A DNA stretch of 32,000 nt from Candidatus Saccharimonadota bacterium (GCF_014252415.1 NZ_CP059223.1:540001-572000), one strand, 5' to 3'. Positions 19,050 to 28,491 are shown, counted from the first letter of the stretch. The notes: generated by a model not told the origin, from the letters alone. Made by a program: numbers and translations.

Positions 19050-20060
19050 TTATTTAATTTCATTCATATAATTAATAATATCTAACAATTTATTTGAATA
19101 TCCAAATTCATTATCATACCAAGATATTATTTTTATAAAATTTGAAGTTAACATTATACTAGCGTTAGCATCAAAAATAGAAATTCTATTATCCCCTAAA
19201 AAATCTGTAGAAACAACATCTTCTTCTGTGTAACCTAAAATTCCATATAAAGTAGTTTCAGATGCTTTTTTCATTTCATATTTTATATCATTATAATTAA
19301 CATTAGTTTTTAGACAAACAGTGAAATCTAACACTGATACATTAGAAATAGGAACTCTAAAAGCCATTCCTGTTAATTTCCCATTTAAATTAGGTATAAT
19401 TTTTCCTAATGAACTAGCAGCACCTGTAGATGAAGGAATTATATTAATTAATGATGATCTACCGGATCTCCAATCTTTATGTGAAATAGAATCTACTACA
19501 TTTTGACTGGAAGTACTTGCATGTATAGTAGTCATTAATCCTTTATCTATACCAAATTTATCATTCAAAACTTTAACAATAGGAGCTAAACAATTTGTTG
19601 TGCACGATGCATTAGAGATAATGATATCGTTTTTACTTATTTTTTTATGATTAACACCCATAATAAACATTGGAATATCATCTCCTTTTGGAGGAGCTGA
19701 TAATATTACTTTCTTAGCCCCTGCTTCTAAGTGCCCAAGAATAGAATTTTTATTTAAAAAAATACCTGTAGATTCAATGACATATTCCACTCCCATAAGC
19801 CCCCATGATAAATTTTTAGGATTTTTTTCATTAGTAACTTTAATTTTATTCCCATTTATAATTAAATAATTTTTATCAACAATAATTTTATTATTTCGAA
19901 AATGTTGATGAATAGAATCATATTTGAATATATAAGATAAATATTCTATAGACATTAAATCATTTATACAAACAACTTCTATATTTTTTCTACTTAGAGC
20001 AGAAAGTACAACTAGTTTACCTATTCTACCAATTCCATTAATTCCTATTTTAATAGACAT
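19050..20060 (-). CDS. gapA: Glyceraldehyde-3-phosphate dehydrogenase
   Basis: ..[11 protein letters not shown].., active site ..[12 protein letters not shown].. and ..WYDNEFGYS... Confidence 0.96.
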   Translation of the reverse strand: MSIKIGINGIGRIGKLVVLSALSRKNIEVVCINDLMSIEYLSYIFKYDSIHQHFRNNKIIVDKNYLIINGNKIKVTNEKNPKNLSWGLMGVEYVIESTGIFLNKNSILGHLEAGAKKVILSAPPKGDDIPMFIMGVNHKKISKNDIIISNASCTTNCLAPIVKVLNDKFGIDKGLMTTIHASTSSQNVVDSISHKDWRSGRSSLINIIPSSTGAASSLGKIIPNLNGKLTGMAFRVPISNVSVLDFTVCLKTNVNYNDIKYEMKKASETTLYGILGYTEEDVVSTDFLGDNRISIFDANASIMLTSNFIKIISWYDNEFGYSNKLLDIINYMNEIK

Positions 20061-20079
20061 ATATAATTATTTTTATAGA

Positions 20080-21867
20080 TCATTCTTTAATTTTCAAAAA
20101 ATTTATAAAAGTAGAAGATGGAACTTCCACTTTACCTAATTTTCTCATTTTATTTTTTCCTTTTTTTTGTTTATCTAATAATTTTTTTTTACGACTGATA
20201 TCTCCACCATAACATTTATCAATAACATTTTTTCTTAAAGGTTTTATATTCTCTCTTGCTATAATTTTTCCAAATATGGAAGCTTGAATAGGTATATTAA
20301 ATTGATGCTTAGGAATTAAAATAGATAATTTTTTACAAATCTTTTTTGCTAATGATCTTGATTTATCCTTATGTGATAACATTGATAATGATTCAATTTT
20401 TTCATTATTAATTAATATCGTAATTTTTTCTAAATTAGAATATCTATAACCAATAAAATTATAATCAAATGTAGCATATCCTTTAGTAATAGTTTTTAGT
20501 TTATCATAAAAATCTAAAATAATTTCTGATAGTGGAATTTCAAATGATATTTTGACTTTTTCATATGAAAAATATTTTTGATCCATCATAACCCCCCGTT
20601 TTTTTATACATAATGATATTACATTTCCAACATAATCTTTTTTAGTAAAAATAGAAATAAAAATATAAGGTTCTTCTACTTTTTTAAATTTTCCAAATTC
20701 TGGAAAATTTGATGGATTATTTATTGTAATAACTTTATTTTCTTTTGTATAAATCTTATAAGAAACATTAGGTATTGTAACTATTATAGAAACCCCAAAT
20801 TCTCTTTCTAAACGATCTTTAATAATTTCCATATGTAACATTCCTAAAAATCCACAATGAAATCCAAAACCTAAGGCAGGAGAAGATTCCGGAGTAAATG
20901 AAATAGAAGCATCATTCAATTTTAATTTGTTCATAGAATTACGTAATTCTTCATATTTATCATTATCTATTGGATAGATACTAGAAAAAACCATTGGTTT
21001 TACTTTCTCAATATTTTTTATTTTTGTTATTTTAGAACAATTAAATTCTATTATTGTATCACCCACTATTACTTCAGAAGTATTTTTAATTCCTGATATT
21101 ATATACCCTACATCTCCTGTATTAATTTTATTTTTAGGTATTTTTTTTAACTTAAGATTACCAATTTCATTAGCATAAAAAGTTTTACCTGTGGTAAACA
21201 ATTTTAATTGTTGTCCCTTTTTTATAGATCCATTTTTTATTCTAAAAAAAATTTCTATTCCTTTATATGGATTATATATAGAATCAAATATTGTTGCTTC
21301 TAATGGACTATCAGTGTCTCCTTTTGGATGGGGTATTTTATTAACTATTTCATGTAATATTTTTTCTACACCTATTCCATATTTTGCACTTACATTAACA
21401 ATATCATTTTTTTTACATTTCAATAGCCCCATTATTTCTTTTAAAACATTATTATTTGAATCACATAAATCTATTTTATTCAATACAGGAATAATAACAA
21501 GATTATTTTTTAATGCTAAAGATAAATTATATATTGTTTGAGATTGAATACTTTTTGTGCAATCAACCACCAATAAAGCTCCTTCACAAGAAGATATAGA
21601 ACGAGATACTTCATAAGAAAAATCTACATGTCCAGGAGTATCTATTAAATTAAGGATATATCTATCATTTTTATGCTTATAATTCATTTGTACCGCATGA
21701 CTTTTAATAGTAATACCTCTTTCTCTTTCCAAATCCATGTCGTCTAATAATTGATTTCTACTTTTCTTTGGTATTGTATTAGTCAATTCTAATAAACGAT
21801 CAGCTAAGGTACTTTTACCATGATCTATATGTGCAATAATACAAAAATTACGAATATAATGAATCAT
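20080..21867 (-). CDS. lepA: Translation elongation factor 4 (LepA)
   Basis: ..IRNFCIIAHIDHGKSTLADRLL.., ..LIDTPGHVDF.. and ..NKIDL.., with a LepA-type C-terminal domain. 595 aa. Confidence 0.96.
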   Translation of the reverse strand: MIHYIRNFCIIAHIDHGKSTLADRLLELTNTIPKKSRNQLLDDMDLERERGITIKSHAVQMNYKHKNDRYILNLIDTPGHVDFSYEVSRSISSCEGALLVVDCTKSIQSQTIYNLSLALKNNLVIIPVLNKIDLCDSNNNVLKEIMGLLKCKKNDIVNVSAKYGIGVEKILHEIVNKIPHPKGDTDSPLEATIFDSIYNPYKGIEIFFRIKNGSIKKGQQLKLFTTGKTFYANEIGNLKLKKIPKNKINTGDVGYIISGIKNTSEVIVGDTIIEFNCSKITKIKNIEKVKPMVFSSIYPIDNDKYEELRNSMNKLKLNDASISFTPESSPALGFGFHCGFLGMLHMEIIKDRLEREFGVSIIVTIPNVSYKIYTKENKVITINNPSNFPEFGKFKKVEEPYIFISIFTKKDYVGNVISLCIKKRGVMMDQKYFSYEKVKISFEIPLSEIILDFYDKLKTITKGYATFDYNFIGYRYSNLEKITILINNEKIESLSMLSHKDKSRSLAKKICKKLSILIPKHQFNIPIQASIFGKIIARENIKPLRKNVIDKCYGGDISRKKKLLDKQKKGKNKMRKLGKVEVPSSTFINFLKIKE

Positions 21868-21886
21868 ATAAAATTTTTATTTTAAA

Positions 21887-21963
21887 TAACCTTGAAGGGG
21901 TTCGAACCCATACCATAGGAATCGGAATCCTATATTCTATCCTAAAAATTAAACTACAAGGTT
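21887..21963 (-). tRNA. tRNA-Arg (anticodon CCG) with an unusually large D-loop and a weak D-stem
   Basis: Minus-strand sequence AACCTTG TA GTTT AATTTTTAGGATA GAAT A TAGGA TTCCGAT TCCTA TGGT ATGGG TTCGAAC CCCTT CAAGGTT A. The acceptor stem is a perfect 7 bp, the anticodon stem a perfect 5 bp and the T-loop canonical. It is 77 nt with no CCA. Its D-arm is homologous to that of the Arg(CCU) gene at 28684-28758. Confidence 0.8.
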
Positions 21964-21981
21964 GAATATTTTTTTTATACA

Positions 21982-22551
21982 TTATTTAATTAAATTTATG
22001 GTATTATTTAGTCCGTTTATGATAAATGAAAATATTATTTCTATTATTTTATTAGATTTTGAATCTAAAATATCTAATTCTTCTTTTTTCCAATTATTTA
22101 ATACATAATTATGATAATTAACTTCTTTTAGATTTTTATTTTCTGTTCCAATCCCGAATTTAAATCTAGAATAATTTGATGTTTTTATTTCTTTTTCTAT
22201 ACTTTTTAAACCATTATGTCCTCCACTTCTTCCTTTTTTTCTTAAACGGATAATTCCAAATTTAAGATAAATATCGTCAGATATTACAAGAATGTTTTTT
22301 ATATATATATTTTCTTTTTTAATCCAGAAAAAAATAGATTTTCCACTATGATTCATGTAAGTAGTAGGTTTTAACAAAATTATAGATTTATTATCAAATT
22401 CTAATTTTGATATAAAACCTAATTTTCTTTCTATAAAAGAAACATTATATTTTTTTGATATTTTATCTAAAATAAAGAATCCAATATTGTGTCTTGTTTT
22501 ATAATAATTAGCCCCAGGATTTCCTAGTCCTATTATTAAAAATTTTTTCAT
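21982..22551 (-). CDS. pth: Peptidyl-tRNA hydrolase
   Basis: ..LIIGLGNPGANYYKTRHNIGF.. and ..GGHNGLKSI... Confidence 0.93.
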   Translation of the reverse strand: MKKFLIIGLGNPGANYYKTRHNIGFFILDKISKKYNVSFIERKLGFISKLEFDNKSIILLKPTTYMNHSGKSIFFWIKKENIYIKNILVISDDIYLKFGIIRLRKKGRSGGHNGLKSIEKEIKTSNYSRFKFGIGTENKNLKEVNYHNYVLNNWKKEELDILDSKSNKIIEIIFSFIINGLNNTINLIK

Positions 22552-22555
22552 TGTA

Positions 22556-23452
22556 TTATTTTTTGATATTATTCTTTATTATATTATTTACTGTTATACC
22601 TATTTCATCTGGAGAATAAACTATATGTACCCCTAATTTTTTCAAAATTTTCATTTTTACTTGTGCAGTTTCTATTTTTTTTCTTATAATTGCACCTGCA
22701 TGTCCCATTATTTTTCCTTGAGGAGCAGTTTTTCCTGCTATAAAACCAACTATAGGTTTTTTAATAATTATTTTTTCATTTATCATCCATTTAATTGCAT
22801 CTATTTCTTGTTGTCCACCTATTTCTCCAATAATTACAATGCAATCTGTTTCAGAATCTTGTAAAAAAAGTTTTAAAATATATTTAATATCTGTTCCAAT
22901 AATACTATCCCCACCTACTCCAATTGCAGTAGAAATACTGTGTCCCATTTTCATAATTTGATCTGCCGCTTCATATGTTAAAGTTCCAGATCTAGATATA
23001 ATCCCTACATTACCTTTTTTTTTAAAAATAGAATTTGGCATGATACCTACCTTTGATTTTTCAGGAGAAATAATTCCAGGACAATTAGGTCCGATTAAAA
23101 TCGTTTTTTTATTATTTAAATAATATTTAATTTTTATCATGTCTGATACTGGAATTCCTTCTGTAATACATACAATTATATTTATATTTGAAAATATAGA
23201 TTCTACAATAGCATCAAATGAATAATTAAAAGGAACAAAAATAACACTAACAAATCCTCCTGTTTTATTAACAGCATCTTCAACTGTATTAAAAATTGGG
23301 ATTTTCATAAAATTTTTACCTCCTTTTCCTGGAGTAACTCCCCCAACTATATTAGTACCATAATTTATCATTTGTTCCGTATGAAACATTCCTTCTTTTC
23401 CAGTCATACCTTGTACAATAACTCTAATGTTTTTATCAATTAAAATACTCAT
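22556..23452 (-). CDS. sucD: Succinyl-CoA synthetase alpha subunit
   Basis: ..VQGMTGKEG.., ..IGPNCPGII.., ..SRSGTLTYE.. and the phosphohistidine loop ..GHAGAII... Confidence 0.95.
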   Translation of the reverse strand: MSILIDKNIRVIVQGMTGKEGMFHTEQMINYGTNIVGGVTPGKGGKNFMKIPIFNTVEDAVNKTGGFVSVIFVPFNYSFDAIVESIFSNINIIVCITEGIPVSDMIKIKYYLNNKKTILIGPNCPGIISPEKSKVGIMPNSIFKKKGNVGIISRSGTLTYEAADQIMKMGHSISTAIGVGGDSIIGTDIKYILKLFLQDSETDCIVIIGEIGGQQEIDAIKWMINEKIIIKKPIVGFIAGKTAPQGKIMGHAGAIIRKKIETAQVKMKILKKLGVHIVYSPDEIGITVNNIIKNNIKK

Positions 23453-23454
23453 AT

Positions 23455-24708
23455 TTATAAATTTATTTTTTGTACTATTTTTGCAACCATTTCAGCTTCT
23501 ACAACCAAGTTTTTTTTTACATATCCAATTCCTTTCATAAAAATTATTCCTCTTTTCATAGATTCTAATAAATATACTTTAAGAATCATAATATCTCCAG
23601 GAATAACTTTTTTTTTGAATTTTACTTTATCTATTTTTATTAAATAAGTTGAATATAATTCAGGATTCTGTATTTTACTTAAAATTAGTATTCCTCCTAC
23701 TTGAGCAATTGATTCTATTTGTAATACTCCAGGCATTATTGGTTCATTTGGAAAATGTCCTATAAAAAAATATTCATTAATAGTAACATTTTTTATTCCA
23801 ATTATATGATTATCTGATAAATCTATAATTTTATCCACAAATAAAAATGGAGGTTTATGAGGTAAAATATTTGCGATATTTTTTATGTCAAAAATTGTTT
23901 TTTTGTTTAAATCTATTTTAACAATATTTAATTTATTTAATGTATAAATTTTTTTCATTAATTTTTTTAAAAATTTTATCATCATAATATTATCAGGATT
24001 ATGAATAATAATTTTTCCTTTTATTTTTATATCTACTAATGAAAAAAAACCTATTATATCCAATAAAAAATGTTTAACTATTTCATTAAAATTAAGTCCT
24101 ATCAAATTTTTTTTTCTATGATCCTTATTTAAAATACAAAACGATTTAGATTTAGCAATTAATTTAAATTGATCAAATTTTCTAAAGAAAGCATTTTGTG
24201 AATCTATTTGATTAGATTCAAAATCCATAAAAATTATTATTTCAAATATATTAGAAGGAATAGCAATAATTTCTCCACCCGTTTTTCTATTTTTTATAGA
24301 AAAAAATTCTTTTATTGTAAAAATTTTTTTTTCCGCATTTTGTTCAATTATTCCAACTTTTTCTATAGCATCCACAAATAATTTAGACGATCCATCTAAC
24401 ATAGGTACCTCAATATTATCTAATTCTATTATTACATTATCTAAATCCATTCCATTAAGAGCTGCCATAATATGTTCAATTGCATAAATTGTTAGTCCAT
24501 TTTTTTCTAAAATAATTCCTTTATTTATTTCTTTAAAAGAACTAAAATTAACTTTTATACAAGGTTTTTTATTTAAATCAATTCTTACAAATAAAAACCC
24601 TGTAAATATTGGAGCAGGATTTAGAATAATATTTATTTTTTTTCCAGTATATAAACCTATTCCTTGAAAAAATATTTTTTTTGCAATAGTTTTTTGTTTT
24701 TTTAACAT
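23455..24708 (-). CDS. lpxC/fabZ: Bifunctional UDP-3-O-acyl-GlcNAc deacetylase / 3-hydroxyacyl-ACP dehydratase (the LpxC-FabZ fusion typical of Bacteroidetes)
   Basis: The N-terminal half is LpxC-like (..EHIMAALNGMDLDN.., ..EVPMLDGSS..). The C-terminal half is a FabZ hotdog fold (..LPHKPPFLFVDKI.., ..GHFPNEPIMPGVLQIESIAQVGG..). Confidence 0.92.
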   Translation of the reverse strand: MLKKQKTIAKKIFFQGIGLYTGKKINIILNPAPIFTGFLFVRIDLNKKPCIKVNFSSFKEINKGIILEKNGLTIYAIEHIMAALNGMDLDNVIIELDNIEVPMLDGSSKLFVDAIEKVGIIEQNAEKKIFTIKEFFSIKNRKTGGEIIAIPSNIFEIIIFMDFESNQIDSQNAFFRKFDQFKLIAKSKSFCILNKDHRKKNLIGLNFNEIVKHFLLDIIGFFSLVDIKIKGKIIIHNPDNIMMIKFLKKLMKKIYTLNKLNIVKIDLNKKTIFDIKNIANILPHKPPFLFVDKIIDLSDNHIIGIKNVTINEYFFIGHFPNEPIMPGVLQIESIAQVGGILILSKIQNPELYSTYLIKIDKVKFKKKVIPGDIMILKVYLLESMKRGIIFMKGIGYVKKNLVVEAEMVAKIVQKINL

Positions 24709-24773
24709 ATTTTATGTATATCTAGTAAGAAATAAATAATTGTGTGTAAATAATTTATTCAGATAAATAATTT

Positions 24774-24788
24774 AACTAAACTAAACTA
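24774..24788. repeat. Tandem pentamer AACTA x3, preceded by an 11-bp direct repeat TAAATAATTTA (24747-24757 and 24764-24774)
   Basis: Read directly from the sequence in the 282-bp lpxC/fabZ-rpmH spacer. The significance is uncertain in low-complexity AT-rich DNA. Confidence 0.5.
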
Positions 24789-24803
24789 ATTATATCTCAT
24801 GAA

Positions 24804-24872
24804 ATGAGACGTTTATTTATTTTTTTAACAGGTTTTGTTATAGGATTTTTAATACTTATTATATTAACGTAA
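24804..24872 (+). CDS. Candidate 22-codon micro-ORF encoding a single hydrophobic helix (MRRLFIFLTGFVIGFLILIILT); hypothetical
   Basis: Hand-translated from ATG to TAA. It has a two-Arg N-terminus followed by 19 hydrophobic or small residues. Its start codon sits in the 3' arm of a perfect hairpin TCTCAT-GAA-ATGAGA (24795-24809). I have no homology evidence for it. Confidence 0.2.
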   Translation: MRRLFIFLTGFVIGFLILIILT

Positions 24873-24990
24873 TACAGTAATACCAATAATAAAATTTTTA
24901 AAAATTCAATATGAAAAAATATATTAACTTTACTTCGTTAAGTAACAATACATAATATATTAAAATATTATTTTAATCTTTAACTTTAAT

Positions 24991-25140
24991 ATGAAAAGAA
25001 CATTTAATCCTTCTAATAGAAAAAAAATTAACGTTCATGGATTTATGAGGAGAATGAGAACAAAAAATGGACGTTCTATCATATGTAGAAGAAGAAGAAA
25101 AAATAGAAAAAAATTGACTGTTTTAAATTATAAAAAATAA
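24991..25140 (+). CDS. rpmH: 50S ribosomal protein L34 (49 aa, below the ORF-track size cut-off)
   Basis: Hand translation gives [49 protein letters not shown]. This matches the universal L34 pattern MKRTFQPS..RK..HGFR.RM....GR.vl..RR.KGRK.L. Confidence 0.93.
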   Translation: MKRTFNPSNRKKINVHGFMRRMRTKNGRSIICRRRRKNRKKLTVLNYKK

Positions 25141-25146
25141 TTTTTA

Positions 25147-26298
25147 TTAAAAAATACTAGATTCTAAATCTCCAATTTTAGGAATGAAATTAAGTATTTT
25201 TTTCTTTTTTATTTCTTTATAAGAAAAAAAATTTGATAAATCTCCAATATCAACTATTTTTAATTTAGATTCTAAAGTTTTTTTTTTAAAATTAAATTCA
25301 TCAAAATTTTTTATTCCAATATCTAATGAAAATGTTGAGTTATTTATATTTATTTTTATATTTCTATATACTTTATCTAATAGAACTTTTCTATTTTTCC
25401 TTATATATAAATAATATTTATAATTTTTTTCTATATTCTTTTTAAAAGAAATTAAGTAAAAAGAAAATATCATTGATAATGTATGATATTTTCTAACTAA
25501 ATTTTTCTTATTATCTTCAGGATAATTACCTGCTTCAATTAATATACATGAATATCCCATTTTTTGTAGACAATCACCGGTTGCATTAGGATAATATTTA
25601 TCGGAGTATCTTCCTATTGAAGCAATAGAAGGAATAAAATTTTTAATTTCTTTTGTTATTTCATATATGATACCCATAGATTTCATTCTTTCAAAACTAA
25701 TATTTTTTTTATAAGATGAAGATAAAGGAGACAAAAAAGATAATATAGCAGGATTAAATTTTTTATTATTAACGTTATATACACTTTTTTGATCATGAAG
25801 ATTAAATAATATGTTTGGATTTTCCTTTTTTATTTCTTTAAATAAAATTTTAATTTCTGGAGAAATTAGTTTTATAGCATCTCTATTTAAATCTATATTT
25901 ATAGCATTTCTTCTTTGAAAAAATTCTGATCCATCAGGATTTAACATTGGAATAAATAAAATAGTAATTTTTTTTGATAAAAATTTTATAGTTCCATGAT
26001 CTTTTTTTTTAAATAAAAAGTTAAGAATATCCATCATAGATTTTGTTCCTGTTGTTTCATTTCCATGCATTTGAGACCAAATAAAAATTTTTATTTTACC
26101 ATATCCAAATTTAATTTTAAATATTTTTCTATTATTTATAGAATATCCTACAGTTTTAATAGAAAAAATATTTTTGTTTTTATATTTATTCAATATTTTA
26201 ATTAAATCATAATGTTTAAAAATTTTAGATTTATTAATATCTAATTCTTTAAAAGAATCATAATCTTTTAGTATAGATTTAGAATTAAAAAAATACAT
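25147..26298 (-). CDS. M14-family zinc carboxypeptidase with no evident signal peptide
   Basis: Zn and catalytic motifs appear in order: ..WSQMHGNETTG.. (HxxE), ..NPDGSEF.., ..NIDLNRD.., ..LFNLHDQ.. (third Zn ligand) and ..ILIEAGNY.. (catalytic Glu). Confidence 0.8.
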   Translation of the reverse strand: MYFFNSKSILKDYDSFKELDINKSKIFKHYDLIKILNKYKNKNIFSIKTVGYSINNRKIFKIKFGYGKIKIFIWSQMHGNETTGTKSMMDILNFLFKKKDHGTIKFLSKKITILFIPMLNPDGSEFFQRRNAINIDLNRDAIKLISPEIKILFKEIKKENPNILFNLHDQKSVYNVNNKKFNPAILSFLSPLSSSYKKNISFERMKSMGIIYEITKEIKNFIPSIASIGRYSDKYYPNATGDCLQKMGYSCILIEAGNYPEDNKKNLVRKYHTLSMIFSFYLISFKKNIEKNYKYYLYIRKNRKVLLDKVYRNIKININNSTFSLDIGIKNFDEFNFKKKTLESKLKIVDIGDLSNFFSYKEIKKKKILNFIPKIGDLESSIF

Positions 26299-26419
26299 AT
26301 ATAAAAAATTTAGTATTATAAATTATAAACAATTAATATAAACTACGAAAATAACAAAAAAATTTATTAAACAATTTTATACATTTTTATTATCAAATTT
26401 TATTACTTTTGTTATCTAA

Positions 26420-26427
26420 TAATTTTG
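26420..26427 (+). promoter_or_regulatory. Candidate -7 promoter box (TAATTTTG) upstream of the CPBP protease gene; a second match, TACTTTTG, lies at 26404-26411
   Basis: Two TAnnTTTG matches lie within 40 nt of the ATG at 26440. No clear -33 TTTG is present, and chance occurrence is plausible. Confidence 0.25.
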
Positions 26428-26439
26428 TATCATATTATT

Positions 26440-27258
26440 ATGAATATTAAAAACTATTTTAAAATAAATTATATCGAATCTATTCTTTTAGTTCTTTCAT
26501 TTATTACTATAAATTTTTTTAATTCTACTTTAAAGAGAATTTTTGATGTTTTTCATCTATCTGAAAGTGTTATGTTTTCGATATCATACTCAATACCATT
26601 TATTTTTTTATTTACTTTTATTTTTTATCAGTCTTATAGAAAAAAACTTGTATTTAATTTATTATCAATAAAAATTTCTCCTTGGTATATTTATGCTGTT
26701 ATTTTTTTTATAATGTTTAATACTATTATATTAAACGAATATTTATCATCTTTAGTTCCAAAAGATGGTCCTATTTTAGGAAACATGTATAGAGAGATAG
26801 AATTCTTTTTAAAAGAAGAAGTAAAAAATCCATTACCTTTTTTATCAACTACTGTATTATTAGCACCAGTTTGTGAAGAAATTTTTTTTAGAGGAATTAT
26901 ATTGAATGGGATGTTAAAAAGTAAAATACATCCATTTAAAGCTATTATTTTTTCTTCATTCTTATTTGGACTAACACATATGAATCCATGGCAATTAGTA
27001 GGAGGATTATTTATTGGAACTTTTATAGGGTATACTTATTTCATAACTTCTTCAATTTTAGATTGTATATTATTACATATATTCAATAATATGGTAGCAA
27101 CAGTTGGAATATTTTACACTATTAATCATGATATTTTATTAAATGAAAATAATCCATTTTATATGAATATATTAGTTATTATGATAGGATCAATTTTTAT
27201 AATTTCAGGGTCTTATTTTCTATTTAGATTTAAAAGAAAAAAAATGAAAAAAATATAA
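26440..27258 (+). CDS. CPBP-family (CAAX protease / Abi-like) intramembrane metalloprotease
   Basis: A polytopic hydrophobic protein with the CPBP motifs ..APVCEEIFFRGIILNG.., ..FGLTHMN.. and ..LHIFNNM... The track start at 26425 is a TTG; the first ATG is at 26440. Confidence 0.85.
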   Translation: MNIKNYFKINYIESILLVLSFITINFFNSTLKRIFDVFHLSESVMFSISYSIPFIFLFTFIFYQSYRKKLVFNLLSIKISPWYIYAVIFFIMFNTIILNEYLSSLVPKDGPILGNMYREIEFFLKEEVKNPLPFLSTTVLLAPVCEEIFFRGIILNGMLKSKIHPFKAIIFSSFLFGLTHMNPWQLVGGLFIGTFIGYTYFITSSILDCILLHIFNNMVATVGIFYTINHDILLNENNPFYMNILVIMIGSIFIISGSYFLFRFKRKKMKKI

Positions 27259-28175
27259 TGGAAAAATCTTCATTAGTTATTTTAGGATGTCATTCTTCTA
27301 TTCCAACTAATAAATATCATCATACAACAGCTCAAATATTAAAAATGAAGGGATTTTATTTTCTTATTGATTGTGGAGAAGGCACTCAAATACAATTAAG
27401 AAAAGCAAAAATAAAATTTAATAAAATTATATATATATTTATATCTCATTTACATGGAGATCATTTTTTTGGATTGATAGGTTTATTATCTACATTTCAC
27501 TTATTAGGGAGAGAGAAATCATTAACTATTTTTGCTCCAAAAGGATTAAAAGAAATAATTGAAATTCATTTTAAATGGTCTTATACTAAATTAAAATATT
27601 TTATTTATTACGTAGAATTATATTCTAATAAGATAGAAAAAATAATGGATAATAAAAAAATAGAAATTTTTTCTATACCATTAAAACATAGAATTTATAC
27701 TAATGGATTTTTATTTAAAGAAAAATTAAGTGAAAGAAAATTGAATATAAATGAAATTAATAAAATTCCTTCTATTTCAATAGCAGATTTTAAAAATTTA
27801 AAATTGGGGAAAGATTTTGAAAAAAATGGTAAAACAATACCGAATTCAAAATTAACATTTGATCCACCTAAAATATTATCTTATGCATTTTGTTCAGATA
27901 CAACATATTATATTCCTATAATAGATCATATAAAATATGTAGATTTGTTATATCACGAATCTACTTTTTTAAAAAAAGAAGAAAATAGAGCAATTAAAAC
28001 AGGACACTCAACTACAATTCATGCTGCTAATATTGCTAAAAAAGCAAAAGTAAAAAAATTATTATTAGGACATTATTCTAACAGATTTCCTAATATTAAA
28101 GAATTTGAACAAGAAGCAAAAGAGGTATTTTATAATACAGAAGCATCTGAATCAATAAAAAAATATTTTTTATAA
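27258..28175 (+). CDS. rnz: Ribonuclease Z (tRNA 3' endonuclease, metallo-beta-lactamase fold)
   Basis: ..LIDCGEGTQ.., ..ISHLHGDHFFGL.. (HxHxDH), ..YHESTF.. and ..LLLGHYS... Its ATG overlaps the upstream TAA by 1 nt. Confidence 0.9.
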   Translation: MEKSSLVILGCHSSIPTNKYHHTTAQILKMKGFYFLIDCGEGTQIQLRKAKIKFNKIIYIFISHLHGDHFFGLIGLLSTFHLLGREKSLTIFAPKGLKEIIEIHFKWSYTKLKYFIYYVELYSNKIEKIMDNKKIEIFSIPLKHRIYTNGFLFKEKLSERKLNINEINKIPSISIADFKNLKLGKDFEKNGKTIPNSKLTFDPPKILSYAFCSDTTYYIPIIDHIKYVDLLYHESTFLKKEENRAIKTGHSTTIHAANIAKKAKVKKLLLGHYSNRFPNIKEFEQEAKEVFYNTEASESIKKYFL

Positions 28176-28188
28176 ATTTTTTTGGATA

Positions 28189-28491
28189 TTATTTATTAAT
28201 AATATAAATACCTAATTTAGGTATTTTTTTTATTCTATATCTAAGTTTTTTAGATAAAATATTTCTATAAAATGATAATTTAGACTTTATATGAATAATA
28301 ATATTTTTTTCTGAAAATGGATAAATATTAATGTATAGTTTTAAAAAATTTATGTTATGATTAAATTTAACATTAATTAATGTTACTAAAAATTTTTTAT
28401 TATTATAAAATTCTTGTTGTAAAATTTCAGCTATTTCTATAAAAAAAATAGATAATATTTTTTTATTTTTAACAATTTTATTTCTATCCAT
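28189..28491 (-). CDS. rbfA: Ribosome-binding factor A (divergent)
   Basis: 100-aa ORF. Its size and pattern (..ISIFFIEIAEILQQE.., ..VTLINVKFNHNINFLKLYINIY.., ..LSFYRNILSKKLRYRIKKIPKL..) resemble the RbfA KH-like fold. Similarity was judged by eye only. Confidence 0.6.
   Translation of the reverse strand: MDRNKIVKNKKILSIFFIEIAEILQQEFYNNKKFLVTLINVKFNHNINFLKLYINIYPFSEKNIIIHIKSKLSFYRNILSKKLRYRIKKIPKLGIYIINK

Noticed and set aside
23831-23839. A perfect DnaA-box 9-mer TTATCCACA. Together with a lone rpmH nearby, this raised the idea of a replication origin in the 24709-24990 spacer.
   Set aside because: The box is a single copy and lies inside the lpxC/fabZ coding sequence. I see no cluster of boxes in the spacer itself. 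One such 9-mer in 64 kb of two-strand AT-rich sequence is not very surprising by chance. No dnaA or dnaN is in the window.
24910-24954. A 14-codon ORF (MKKYINFTSLSNNT*) upstream of rpmH.
   Set aside because: It is too short, its composition is indistinguishable from the background, and it has no hydrophobic or other recognisable character. I treat it as noise, unlike the 22-codon hydrophobic ORF, which I list only as a low-confidence candidate.
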